From contig WELA01002119.1 in the NCBI GenBank assembly GCA_009602735.1, positions 190,196 through 254,195 of the forward strand: a DNA stretch of 64,000 nucleotides, given 5' to 3'. The notes under the pieces were generated by a model that was not told where the DNA came from, searched no databases, and saw only the letters and a program-made list of their open reading frames with translations. This document shows positions 35,429 to 46,943 of the stretch, piece after piece. This DNA is from Mesotaenium endlicherianum. Its lineage: Eukaryota. The stretch's first letter is position 1. Each line of letters starts with the position of its first letter. The position numbers and the translations under genes were made by a program.

Positions 35429-38400
35429 TCACTATGCATGCCTGACAACCAGATAAAGGAGACCATCAGCAATATAGACGTCCAGAGAGTGCACACTCTG
35501 GATGCTCTTGTTCCACCTGATGTCCAACATTTCTTTGCTACGTCAGGAGAACAATGCGAAAGTCAGGAAAAGACAGTCCCCCCTATCCTACTGCATTGCA
35601 TGATTGCAGGTAGGAAGGTGAGGGCATTTGTTGACGGAGGGGCGTCACATACTTTTATCCACAAGGACTTAGTTAAGCGGCTAAGGCTGCCTACTGTCAC
35701 CCAAGGGAATAGAAAAATATTCCTTGGAGATGCCTCAAGTATCCCGGGAGGAGTTATAACCAAGCCTATTGAGGTCCAGTTAGGTTCTGGCATTGCAGTT
35801 CTAACTGAAACGCTTACATTTGAGGTACTCAACACTGGCTTTTATGATCTCGTGCTAGGCAGGTCCTGGCTTAATAGACATCAAGCTGAAGTGTGTTGGA
35901 GCAGAGGTACAGTTAAAGTGAGAGGAGCCAGTGATGGGCAGACTGACTTGGCACCCACCAGTGCTCTTCCTCTTGTCCTGTGTGGATGGCAAATGAAGGA
36001 AAAGAAGAGGCTTCCAGAAGGATGCAAGTTGCTGAATGCAATGGAGTTCGTCAAAAGCTGGAACCAGAAGGAAGACAGAATGTTCTGTCTGCTGCTAAGA
36101 GAGGTACCTCCTCAACCTGAAGAAGTGGTTGAGAAAAAGGTACACCCTCCGGAACACCCTACTGCTGCAAACATTGTTGCTCAGTACACGGATGTGTTTA
36201 ATATGCCTCCAGGACTACCCCCTAAGCGGGAAGTAGATCATAGGATTGATTTATTACCTGGTAGCCAGCCACCCTGGCAACGCACGTATGGCTTGTCTTA
36301 TTTGGAGAGTGAGGAGTTGAAAACACAGATTGCAGAGCTGGAGGAAAATGGTTACATTTCTCCCAGTAAATCACCGTACGGCGCACCTATCCTATTTGTT
36401 AAGAAAAAGGATGGCAGTATGCGGATGTGTGTGGATTACAGAGCCCTGAACAGAATTACAGTAAAGAACAAGTATGCTTTACCCAGAATCGAGGACTTGC
36501 TTGATACCCTGTCTGGCGCTAAGGTGTTCAGTAAGATAGATCTCAAGAGTGGTTATCATCAAATCAGAATTGCTGAGGGGGATGAACACAAGACTGCTTT
36601 CCGCACACGTTATGGACACTATGAGTTCAACGTGATGCCATTTGGACTGACTAATGCTCCTGCTACCTTTATGGGTGCTATGAATGACATTTTCAGACCT
36701 TATTTGGATAAGTTTGTGCAAGTTTTCCTGGATGATATTTTAATTTTCTCTAAAGATGAAGCTCAGCACACTGAACACTTAAAGAAAGTGCTGGACACTC
36801 TGCGGAAAAATCACTTGTATGCTAAAATGAGCAAGTGTGATTTCTTTAAGGAAAGTATTGAATTCTTAGGCCACGTTGTCAGTAAAGAGGGCATCAGTGT
36901 GGATCCTAAGAAAGTCCAGACCATAAGGGACTGGCCAGTACCACAGTCTGTCTCTGAAGTTAGATCCTTCCTCGGGTTGGCTAACTACTATAGGAGATTT
37001 ATTGAGAATTATTCCACAAAGGCCAGTAAACTGACTGACCTTACTAAGAAAGACATCGGGTATGTGTGGGGGGAAGAGCAGCAGGCTGCCTTCCAGACCC
37101 TTAAAGATGCCCTTTGTTCTGCCCCAGTGCTAGCCGTGTATGACCCCAGCAAACCGGTGCAGGTGGTTACTGATGCCTCTGATTTTGCCATGGGTGCTAT
37201 TTTGTTGCAGCCTGCTGACAAAACCACAAAGGATGGTAAGGTACGGCAGGAGTGGCATCCTGTGTTGTATGAGTCTATGAAATTTAATCCAGCGGAGATT
37301 AATTACTCAGTGCATGATAAAGAGCTGCTAGCTATCATTCATGTACTCAAACAGTGGAGAGCATACTTACATGGTAAAGCTTTTAAGGTGATTACAGATC
37401 ATCTAGCTCTGACCCACTTTCAGAAGAAGTCCAAGCTGTCGAGGAGGGAGAACCGCTGGAGCCAGATGCTGGAGCAGTTCCAAGTCCAGATCGACTACAA
37501 ACCAGGGAAGTTGAATCCTGCTGATGCACTCTCTAGAAGACCTGACTTGCAAGAAAGGAACTTTAGTCAGCATACTGTAGATAAAGTCCTGTGTGCACTC
37601 ACTTCACTAAAGGTGAAAAAGTCCTTCCTTGAACAACTTAGGAAAGCCTACCTTTCTGACCCAACATTTGAGCCCAGCCCCACTACTGGTATGTGTCGTG
37701 CTACCGCACTCGGGTATAAGCTCAAGGGAGGGGTCTGGGTGACTGAAACCACTTCAGGCAGGCTGAAGCTGGTCATTCCTAATAATTTGGAAATAAGGTC
37801 TCTCTTACTGAGTCAAGCTCATGACAGTCTCCTGGGTGGACATTTGGGGCAGGCCAAAACTGTTGGCAAACTGGCAAAACATTATCATTGGGAGGGGTTA
37901 CCCCGGGAGGTCTTGAAATATGTCAAGTCCTGTGACCAGTGTCAGAGAAATAAGTCTCGGCACACACCACCCGGAGGTCTCTTGCAACCGCTACCCATCC
38001 CAGCGGGACGCTGGGAAACTATATCCATGGACTGGGTGGTCTCACTACCAAGAACTGCCAACGGGCATGATTCAATACTGGTAGTCGTGGATAAACTGAC
38101 AAAAATGGTCATTTTTATCCCCACAACTGTCAAAGTGACTGCACTCGAAACAGCGAGACAGTTTTACAACCATGTAGTATGCCAACATGGGCTCCCTTCT
38201 AATATCATCTCAGACAGAGACTCAAAATTCACCTCTAAGTTCTGGAGAGCTTTAATGGGGTTAATGGGAGTCAAACAGCTGCTCAGCACAGCAAACCACC
38301 CTCAGACTGATGGGCAGACTGAAAGAACTAACCGAGTTCTGCAGGAGGTGCTGAGAGCATATATTAACCAAAAACAAGATAATTGGGATGACCTGTTGCC

Positions 38401-39124
38401 TCAAATTCAGTTTGCGGTCAACAGTGCGGTGCACGCGTCAACGGGCAAAACTCCTTTTGAACTCAGCCTGGGTAGAGTCCCTAAGTCTCCTCTAGATGTG
38501 CTAGGGGAATCTTTAACTCACCCTGAAGGGATTGACAACCCGGTCTCCCTCCAGTTAACTCAGGAGTTTGCTGACACCCTGTCAGAAGTCCAACGAAACT
38601 TGCACACGGCCCAAGAAAACCAACAAAAATACGCTAATCAACACCGTCGGGAACTGACATTTTCCAAGGGGGATTTAGTCAAACTGCATTCTCAGCACCT
38701 GTACCTCCCTGGTGTGGTCAAGAAAAAGCTTGGCCCTGTCTGGGTCGGTCCATATTCGGTGGTCCGTCGTGTCGGTCAGAATGCTTACAAACTGAACATG
38801 TCAGCTGAATACAAGGGGCACCCGGTCTTTAATGTCTCCTTCCTGGAACCGTACATCAAAGGTGATACACTGTTCACAGGTCGGTTCCCTGTCCAACCGG
38901 GACCGGTCCCCGCTGTCCGGGACGGCGACCCTGAGGAATATGAGGTCGATGAGATTTTAGACGCTCGCTCGGTCCGTCGATCGTCTAAATATGTCATGAA
39001 ATACCTCATTCGATGGAAGGGTTACGATGCCTCTGGGGACACTTGGGAGTTTAAGGACCACTTGACCAATGCCAAAGGGGCGTTGACACGGTTCCACCTT
39101 CGGGCCGCTGGAGTCCCTCCATAA
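35315..39124 (+). CDS. pol: Pol polyprotein: protease-RT-RNase H-integrase-chromodomain (via -1 frameshift; first in-frame ATG 35408)
   Basis: [77 protein letters not shown]; chromodomain [26 protein letters not shown]. Confidence 0.95.
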   Translation, partial: FKRQQQSVIQSTDCEDARDSESSLAALVAGIMGPAELDSLCMPDNQIKETISNIDVQRVHTLDALVPPDVQHFFATSGEQCESQEKTVPPILLHCMIAGRKVRAFVDGGASHTFIHKDLVKRLRLPTVTQGNRKIFLGDASSIPGGVITKPIEVQLGSGIAVLTETLTFEVLNTGFYDLVLGRSWLNRHQAEVCWSRGTVKVRGASDGQTDLAPTSALPLVLCGWQMKEKKRLPEGCKLLNAMEFVKSWNQKEDRMFCLLLREVPPQPEEVVEKKVHPPEHPTAANIVAQYTDVFNMPPGLPPKREVDHRIDLLPGSQPPWQRTYGLSYLESEELKTQIAELEENGYISPSKSPYGAPILFVKKKDGSMRMCVDYRALNRITVKNKYALPRIEDLLDTLSGAKVFSKIDLKSGYHQIRIAEGDEHKTAFRTRYGHYEFNVMPFGLTNAPATFMGAMNDIFRPYLDKFVQVFLDDILIFSKDEAQHTEHLKKVLDTLRKNHLYAKMSKCDFFKESIEFLGHVVSKEGISVDPKKVQTIRDWPVPQSVSEVRSFLGLANYYRRFIENYSTKASKLTDLTKKDIGYVWGEEQQAAFQTLKDALCSAPVLAVYDPSKPVQVVTDASDFAMGAILLQPADKTTKDGKVRQEWHPVLYESMKFNPAEINYSVHDKELLAIIHVLKQWRAYLHGKAFKVITDHLALTHFQKKSKLSRRENRWSQMLEQFQVQIDYKPGKLNPADALSRRPDLQERNFSQHTVDKVLCALTSLKVKKSFLEQLRKAYLSDPTFEPSPTTGMCRATALGYKLKGGVWVTETTSGRLKLVIPNNLEIRSLLLSQAHDSLLGGHLGQAKTVGKLAKHYHWEGLPREVLKYVKSCDQCQRNKSRHTPPGGLLQPLPIPAGRWETISMDWVVSLPRTANGHDSILVVVDKLTKMVIFIPTTVKVTALETARQFYNHVVCQHGLPSNIISDRDSKFTSKFWRALMGLMGVKQLLSTANHPQTDGQTERTNRVLQEVLRAYINQKQDNWDDLLPQIQFAVNSAVHASTGKTPFELSLGRVPKSPLDVLGESLTHPEGIDNPVSLQLTQEFADTLSEVQRNLHTAQENQQKYANQHRRELTFSKGDLVKLHSQHLYLPGVVKKKLGPVWVGPYSVVRRVGQNAYKLNMSAEYKGHPVFNVSFLEPYIKGDTLFTGRFPVQPGPVPAVRDGDPEEYEVDEILDARSVRRSSKYVMKYLIRWKGYDASGDTWEFKDHLTNAKGALTRFHLRAAGVPP

Positions 39125-39360
39125 CTGTCATTTCAGTTGACACGGGAAGGTGACAGGCGGTCCTGTCTCCATTTAAGTTGGAGGGGAAAATATATGACAG
39201 TTAGTGAGCGAGAGCGATAAAAACACACTCATACGTTTATGTGTAGCGCATCGCAACTACGTCAACTTTTAGCAATCATCCTGTAAGGTAAACAGCAGCG
39301 AAGCCACTATACTAAATACTAACATACTTCCTGCAATCCCTATGACAAAGGTCCATATCC

Positions 39361-39390
39361 TACTAACTTGTGCCCTGGTTACATGTGCAG
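39361..39390 (+). promoter_or_regulatory. Branch point and 3' splice acceptor upstream of ORF3
   Basis: TACTAAC at 39361-39367 and TGCAG ending at 39390, followed by G-ATG (39392). Confidence 0.6.
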
Positions 39391-39391
39391 G

Positions 39392-41068
39392 ATGGCGCCC
39401 ACCACACAAAAGGAGGACAGAAAGCGCAAGGCAGAAGAAGCCAGGAGGACAATGGAGCAATACCAGAAGGAGCTGGCGGCGACGTCCCTCACCAGGAGAG
39501 AACAAGAAAGGGTCCGCAAACAACAAGAGGCGGCAGAAGAGGCACAGAGGAAGAAGGATCAGGAAGCGGAAAACCTCAGGAAGGCTGAGGAGGAGAGACA
39601 GAAGAAACAGCAAGAAGAAGCGGCAGCGGCAGAAGAGGAGAAAAGAAAAAAGATTGAAGCGGACAGACAGAAGAGCTTGGCCACTTACAGGTATACTGTG
39701 GTGGGTGGCCAAAACTTCGATAACCTGAAGGAAGCATTGCTGGCAGCCCAGGAGATCAACAGGCTGGAACAGACAACACTGCTACAGAAGGAAGGAGCTA
39801 CAGCACTGGACAGGTACATCGAGACACACACCGGCGTGGTCCTTTACGAAGATTATGCTAAGATGGTGGGCTATACAGCAGAGCAGGCCCGGTATCTCGC
39901 AGATGATTCAGAGGACAAGCCGGTCCCCATACCGGGAATAGTGGGAGATCAGAGACTCATCCGGATGGTGAGCATGCGGCCCGATAGCTTTAAGGATACG
40001 GTATTCTACCTCACACTCCTGCCAGCTTACAATGAAGTTGAGAGAAGGAGCTGGGAGTACTTGGCCAGGGAAGCAGGACAGCAGATGTTCTCTCCCCACT
40101 GGTTCCCGTGTAAACTGAGGAAGGCTGAGCACGGACCCCAGTACTACCAGCAGCCAACAGACTGGAGGTGGATGACCGTCACAAATAAGAAGCAGGAGTG
40201 TGACCGAGCCCAACCGGATGACTTCCACTATGGCCTAGACGGCTATCTCATCCTACCACCTCACATTGCCCCTTGGGACCCCAGGCTGAATGGATGCCTG
40301 AGCAATATGAATGCAGAGACCAAGGAACATAGGAGGAGGGGAAGAGACTACTTCTCTAAGGGAAAGCATGCCTTTGTCAAATGGGCAAAGAATGCAGGCC
40401 GGATAGATATCAGTAGGCTGAAGGCCAAGCAACCTCCAGCGCGCCCTAAGAAAGGGAGGTCGGTAGACTACTCCATGTCTACTAGGGAGCAGGACGACTT
40501 AGTGGACGAGACCCCTACTCTCTCCGAGGAGGAGGATGAGGAGGATGAGGAAGAAGAACAAGGCAGAGGAGAAGCATCAGCAGCAGGTACTCAGGATACC
40601 CAGGGACAGGCAGTGGCACTTCCTAAAGAACCACGATCAGGTGTGTGGAATGTGATCCCCGTTATGGCGACAACTGGACCCCGCGCTCGCTCCCCCAGCC
40701 CACCTGCCCAAGCAGGGGAAGAAGCTGATCTGACTGTACTGGGCAGCAGACACAGGCAGAAATCCCCAGAGGACAGGGGTGCCAGAAGAGGGACACGCGG
40801 GTGGGCCAGAGGTATGCCAGCCTCCCCCTCCGCTCAGGGGCATGTACCTCTAGCCAATGTATTTCAGCATCCTACTGGAATGCCTGTCTATGTGGGCATC
40901 AACACCCAAGTGGTTGAAGAGCAGGCTACCATCCTTCGTTCTCCTCGAGGTCCAACTTTAGAGCAAACAGGGTTCTTTAGAAGGCCAGCTGACAGACCTA
41001 GAGGGCTGTCCAGATCTAGGTCCAGATCTCCGTCCCCTGATCCTGAAGCCCCAGGAACCACCCCTTAA
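39392..41068 (+). CDS. Retrotransposon ORF3, unknown protein (coiled coil, globular core, acidic tract, RS/SP-rich tail)
   Basis: 558-codon open frame between pol and the PPT; second intact copy at 23581-25263. Confidence 0.85.
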   Translation: MAPTTQKEDRKRKAEEARRTMEQYQKELAATSLTRREQERVRKQQEAAEEAQRKKDQEAENLRKAEEERQKKQQEEAAAAEEEKRKKIEADRQKSLATYRYTVVGGQNFDNLKEALLAAQEINRLEQTTLLQKEGATALDRYIETHTGVVLYEDYAKMVGYTAEQARYLADDSEDKPVPIPGIVGDQRLIRMVSMRPDSFKDTVFYLTLLPAYNEVERRSWEYLAREAGQQMFSPHWFPCKLRKAEHGPQYYQQPTDWRWMTVTNKKQECDRAQPDDFHYGLDGYLILPPHIAPWDPRLNGCLSNMNAETKEHRRRGRDYFSKGKHAFVKWAKNAGRIDISRLKAKQPPARPKKGRSVDYSMSTREQDDLVDETPTLSEEEDEEDEEEEQGRGEASAAGTQDTQGQAVALPKEPRSGVWNVIPVMATTGPRARSPSPPAQAGEEADLTVLGSRHRQKSPEDRGARRGTRGWARGMPASPSAQGHVPLANVFQHPTGMPVYVGINTQVVEEQATILRSPRGPTLEQTGFFRRPADRPRGLSRSRSRSPSPDPEAPGTTP

Positions 41069-41168
41069 GGTGACAGGCTGAAAAGATAGTCAGTAAGGGA
41101 GGCTGGTCAGGGTCAGTTTCTTTATTTAAAGCTTTTGCAGTTTAATGTTGTCGAGGCGACAACAAGTT

Positions 41169-41181
41169 AAGTTGGAGGGAT
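41169..41181 (+). promoter_or_regulatory. Polypurine tract of B4
   Basis: AAGTTGGAGGGAT immediately before the 3' LTR TG. Confidence 0.85.
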
Positions 41182-41899
41182 TGTAATGAATCAGTATATT
41201 AGTGGATATAATATTCATTTAAATATAATAGTTAATTAAGTTCAGCCTGCTGAACTTTAGTTAATAATCAGTCTGCTGGACTTTACATAATTATCAGTTT
41301 AATGACTCGGCCGAAAGCAGCAGGCTGAAGTCAACTTAAGTCAGCTTGCTGACACATTCTTTGACAGCCAGCTGACTTCCGTACTCGGTAGCAGCGAACT
41401 GCCTTGATATGCATCTAAGTGCGATATGCTAGATGAATGGCCAGATGACATCCCTATGATGGATGGCTATTCGGGATGATGGGAGATGGCGGTGGATTTG
41501 GTTAACCGAGGTCCTACCAACGTGGTTAACTCCCGGGTAGGCGGTGCCATCGCACTGACCGTTGAACAGTAAACTCATTCCATGTACATATGCTAGGCAT
41601 TGCTCTCGAGTCGGCATTCGGAAACGAGACTAACTCTCTTGTACAGCTTACTGAGAGAGATCTGAATCCAAGGCGAGAAGCCATTGATACGCACTGTCTT
41701 CTAACCTTGCTTATGTATGAGTTTACTGATTTGCATTATGGATGCTAGTTTACTCTCATTTGACTGACGAGTAGTATTCCCTGCTAGTGTATTGTCCTTT
41801 GCCGTTTAACGAGTTAACGGAAATACCATAAAGATTACTTGCTGATATAAAGATCTTTATTAATTGTTAATCGCCTATTTGGTAAGTCGATTCATTTCA
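41182..41899 (+). repeat. 3' LTR of B4
   Basis: Direct repeat of 33082-33826. Confidence 0.95.
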
Positions 41900-42628
41900 C
41901 CTTTCTTCTCGCAATTTGTGGACAAAAAACTAAAATTACTATTGGTGATAAGTCTCTGCATGATAAATTGTAAAAATATGGCTGTAGTCTATGAGTATGT
42001 GGTTTTTTAGAGTCCAAGTTTGCTCAATTTGAAACTGTGGTCAGAGAGATAAAAATCTCTAAACACAAGGGGGTCAGGCTGCTGGCATTATCAGGGCAGA
42101 ATTTGCCTTTTGACATTGTGCCCTCCCCTGAACTTGGAATGCTCTGAAACTCAAGACCATGGTAGAAGATCTTATTGCGCCTATTTAAAGACTAACTTTG
42201 CAAAATTTGGAGAAGTATAGAAGAACTTATGGTTTTTAGAAGTTCCTGCATAGATTAGGAGGAGTCCTTACTCTCTCTGCTCTCAACAAGACTCCAGAAC
42301 TTGGAATGCTCTCAAAATTGGTGACCTGGTAGATTTCTCCGACGCTCTCCGTGTGGCGTTAAATTTTTTATAATTTTAAGCAGTTCTATGGACGCTATGA
42401 ATTTTTGAATCTGTGGCAGATTTTGGGCCACCTTGTACTATGATCTCTATCATCAAGGAGTAGGCTAGCCAATAAGGTCACACCACCCACAACCTTGCCT
42501 AGTCTACCTTACATGGCGCCTTTGACTAATCTTCTTTACATGTGTGGCACCTGATTTGAATCTGTTGACTAGACTACTCCACATGTGTAAGACCTGACTT
42601 GACGCGCCGAGACGTCGCTTTTTTTGTC

Positions 42629-43300
42629 GGGGGAGTGATGTAGTGATGTGAGTTATAATGTATTATGTTGATTTTATTTTGATGCTTTTGAATATATTTG
42701 GAGTAGTATTGTGTGGATTCAAGTGTGAATAGATACTGTAGTGACTTGGTTTATGTCCTTTGAACCTTCTAAAGCATTTTCAAAGTTAGAGGAAGGACTT
42801 AGAAGAACTCCAGGTGGCAAAAGTCAAATGTGCCATTTTTAAGTCAAAAAGACATGCGTACATTATTCTAGAAAGAGGTGGCAAGTTTTGGGATGTGTTG
42901 GGTGCCAACACATCAACATGCACCTTCCTAGAAATTACTATTGAAGCAAGTATATAAACAAGAGCTAGATCATAGAAAGGCATTCGAGAATCTCTCTTGT
43001 ACTTGCCAAATTCCAGAAATATATTAACTTTCAAGAAACCATCTCTCTTTCAAGAAGCTACCACATGTGTTCAAAGATCCTTGTCTTGAATAGATAAGGT
43101 ATTGTATTTTACTAAGTACTTTATCTATCTGTTTCACTACACCAACAAAGGGAGTAGGAAGATGTTCACGATCACCTGCTGGAGAAGAAAGATGCTGGAG
43201 AAGAAACATGCACCAGTAGAGAAAATCATGCTACTTCTCAACATTCTAGGAGAGTGAGTGTATTACCAGACAAGTTTGGTCATGTTGTGTATGTGATGCT
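42629..43300 (+). repeat. PPT and start of a probable LTR (possibly the 3' LTR of element C); right end uncertain
   Basis: GACGTCGCTTTTTTTGTC-GGGGGAGTGA|TGTAGTGATG, a typical Ty3/gypsy PPT-LTR junction with TG at 42639. Confidence 0.5.
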
Positions 43301-43319
43301 TGTTGAGTGTATATATGAA

Positions 43320-45350
43320 GGATAAATAATGAAGTTTGAAGTGGCCTAAATAGGATATGATTTTGAGCCCAAGAGCTATGAGGCGGTTCTGAGGACAGAT
43401 TCAGCAAATATGTGAAGGCAAGGTTTAGTGGAGGAGATAGAGTCACTGGATGAATTGAATCTTGCTTATTCAAGATAAATACATTCCATTTAAATATATA
43501 AGATTAGAGATAGGTGGAAGCGTGTAAAATCGAGGAGCGATCGTCGCCCTTATAATGAATTCCGTTTACTCATCTATACCCTTTGACTCACTTACCATAG
43601 TGTGCCATAGTTGCACACTAACTCACGGCACAAGGAAGGGGTGAACTTGAGGACTAAAGCTTCTCCTTTAGAAACTCATGGCCTCTTGCCTACCAGGTAA
43701 ACAAGTATGTATAAGCACTTAGACAACATCAGAGGATTGAATAGCAAAGGCGCTCTCATTCAGATGACCATAATGTAGCTAAAACACAATTCACTGACTT
43801 AGGTGCAAAACCATGGAATCAGTCCGCTATGTGACCCCAAAATTCCAGAGAGAAAATTCTGTCAATACATCTTTAAATCAAGCAAACTTAACGGCAACGG
43901 ACGCGTTTTGACGAGACCTTTCCAAAATGTCCTAGTTCGCTTTATTTCGAGCACAGACGAGGAAGTTATGTCAATTTCCGTGAAAGCCGGTCATAATAAC
44001 GAACCCAAAAGTGCACACATCACTTGCCATTAGAAATTCAACTCCAAAGCCTAGTGTCCAGAATAAGGGACCACGAGATCCCAGCTTGCTATGACTTAGT
44101 TGTCACCTGGTTGACCACGACGCAAGGTGCGCCGTTTCGTGGGAAACCTGTTAAGTTGGGACCCACAGATCTAGGTATAACGACCATATTAATTCGTCGG
44201 TTGACTTAAGTCCTAACTGTTCAGTGGACTGATGACGGCTCCGCTTACCCACGATTTAACCACACTGGTAGGACATCGACCTCTTGACTTTCACTTTACT
44301 ATGGTCACATGTGCCAATCTACAAATAATTATCTAAATGAATATATATTCTCAGCGTACTGAAGCTAAGTATACTGACTAATATTACGCGAGCTTACTAT
44401 ATGTCAACTTACTGATGTTATATCCTATATATAACTGATATATAAATCTCAACAAACTATACTATGATACAAAAATCATCCCGCTGACTTTTTTTACAAA
44501 GTAAGTGAACTCGTATTATATCGATACATATTCATTTCGATGAACTCGCATATGTGAGTATATTGACATATTACTTATTTAATAATACATGTGTATATGC
44601 AAGTAATTAAATAACTAATGAACTGCTTCATTACAGTGGAGAAGAACCAGCGTAAGACGGAGGAGCATCCACTTGCCAAGAAGGTTGAGAGCGACAAGGT
44701 TAATTCACGCGAAGAAGACAGAAGTAAATGTCTCTGTGGACACATACAAGGTGATATATGTGGCTAAAGGTCACTCATGAACAGAAAGGGAGACTATCAT
44801 AAGACTTTTGCTCCTCTAAGCAGGATTGTCTCGCTGAGGGTGATGGCTTAGATTGCAACAGAAGATTACATAGAGTTGCACCAGACGGATGTCAAGATAG
44901 ATTGAAGAAAGAAGTGTATATGGAGAAGTTTGAGAGGTTTATTGATCCAAAGGTCTTCCAAAAAATAGTCGTAAGCCAAAGAAGTCATTGCATGGATTGA
45001 AAGAATCAAAATTTGACTTTTTTCTCTAAGGTGAGGATTTTGTGGAGTCCAATGCGGACAACCGTCTCTACATGATGAGCAAAGGTAACAGAGTCATGCT
45101 GGTACTGTATGACTTGCAAGTTGATTGGGAAGAGGAGGGAGTTGTTACACATAGTGAAGGATGTTCTGAGCAGCACTTATGACATGAATGAATTGGAAGT
45201 GGAGTTCTTCCTTGCCATGCTGGTGAAAAGGCATGGCCAAAAGGAAAATATTGCTTGGGCAACCAACCTATCTTCATATAACATGAGAAGGCTTGACATG
45301 ACAGGCTGTAAGCCTATTGTTGTGCCCTTAGACCCTAATTTCCAAGCATG
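43320..45350 (+). mobile_element. Decayed Ty1/copia RT relic interrupted by a solo LTR
   Basis: EPKSYE..EEIESLE|KN continues across the insertion; YK..YVAKGHS..DY.KTFAP..SLR..ELHQTDVK..EVYM; M.GCKPI.VPLDPN. Confidence 0.8.
43451..44635 (-). repeat. Solo LTR of family D
   Basis: Minus strand starts TGTAATGAAG at 44635 and ends ATTCA at 43451; flanks CTGGA/GTGGA; removing it restores the copia reading ESLEKN; homologous to 20702-21585. Confidence 0.85.
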
Positions 45351-46943
45351 AGGGATGGCGGGCTTCGCCGCCATGGCTGGCTGCTTGGTTAGTTGGGCCT
45401 CGCATGGCCTCCCATTGCTTTTCGTGATGATCTATTTGCTTGGACGTCGACGAGTGTCACTGACTTTTCTCAATGTTTTGGTCTTCGTGATTCTTTGGAG
45501 TTGCTTTTGTGAGAGAAATTTGCAGCCCCTCTCACACATTTTAACTATCGAGTGTATCAAGAACGCAGGAGCATGTAGTGATTTAGATTGTATGGGGATG
45601 AGCATACGCCTTTTAGATGGTTTTAATGATGGCCCTAGGGTGGTAGCCTTGAACGTGAAAGTAAGTGCAACTAGGCCTGCGGAACAAGTAGAAGCCGACA
45701 TATCTAGAAGTGAATGATAGACTTAGTCGGCCAGCAACTGCTAGCTACAGGCTGACTGTGAATTGGTTGTTGGGCTCAAGTGTGGCAGGCCGACGTCGAG
45801 GCGCGTACATGGACAGCCAGAGACCAGCCCGAAATGACTTAGCGAATTGTCCGAAAGTTCCCGACGCTGCCAGGCGCACGTAGCCACGCATAAGGGCCCG
45901 CATCCAACTGGACGTGACAGGCAGCAGGCGGGTTTAGGCCTGCTCGTCAGAGTCACTCGTGTTCATTGCAACGACTGTCTAACGTTGCGGTCAAGCGCAA
46001 ATAGTGGATATGAACTACTACAAAATTCCACTCATGCATACTTACACTTATTTAAATACAGCCGTTAGGTTTCGGCAGCTATTTAAGCGCATTCTTGAAA
46101 AACCACTTGTCATGAAGTTCGTGCCGTGTGGCAACCCCGAAACTAAAGAACTAAAATAAATTTGAACAAAAAAGGACTCAGCTACGCTTGGTACGGAACT
46201 TCGTATTCGAGAGCCCGAGGGTTTTAATTCGCGAGTAGGGTTGGTTGGCAGCAGTTGGCGAAGGGTCCGACCTCGTCACCAGCAACAGGGCGAGCAAGCT
46301 CGCCGCCATAGCCGTAGACGTAGGCACCACGAGGGTGTAAATGTAAGCGGAGGCTACTAGATACAATAGATATCGCATCTGTGCATATTACACTCGTGCT
46401 GAAAGCGAACAGAAAGTCGCCCTTGTCGTAGGGTAAGCATAGGTGAGGATTCAGGAATAAAAGCTAGGGGCCTACAAGTACTTAATTGTGACGAGCTTTG
46501 GTCATGTTTGGTCATGTTGAAGAGGACACTCCCCGCCCGTGCCTCGAGTCAAAGTAGCAGCTAGACTTGCCCCGTCGTTTGGACTAAGCGTGCTCACTTT
46601 ACGTGCAGCAATTGCAAACTGTGGATCGAGCCCAATTTTCTCAGCACAGATTTTGGAACATAGCCACACTTTAAACCGTGAGACATGCAACAGGTCTTAG
46701 TGTTGAGTAGTAGAGGTATTGGAAGGATTGCAAACTAATGGTTTTATCAACCAAGTGTCCGCCTTATGTCGTGCTGAGTGAGGTCAATGGTGAAAGACTT
46801 TGCAGGGCATATTCAGGGTTGCTCTTGAACCAGTCGTTTTAGAAGACCCTAAAAAATTAGCAATCATTACAGAAAGCGGTCCTTTTCAGCTTGTAGGCAC
46901 CATAGGTGACTTGAATATAGACTTTGGTAGGGGGGAGTCGGAC

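Larger units (their letters stand above)
33082..41899 (+). mobile_element. Full-length Ty3/gypsy chromovirus (family B, intact copy B4) with gag, pol and a third ORF
   Basis: LTRs 33082-33826 and 41182-41899 (TG..CA), PBS, PPT, three uninterrupted ORFs; flanks CCGTT/CCTTT (4/5 match, possible TSD). Confidence 0.97.

Noticed and set aside
39392..41068. ORF3 as a true envelope glycoprotein
   Set aside because: No signal peptide, transmembrane segment or fusion-peptide-like hydrophobic stretch is visible.
41764..41825. CTGACGAG hammerhead-like motif in the B LTR
   Set aside because: No stem II closed by GAAA, and the motif is changed to CTTACGA in the 5' LTR.
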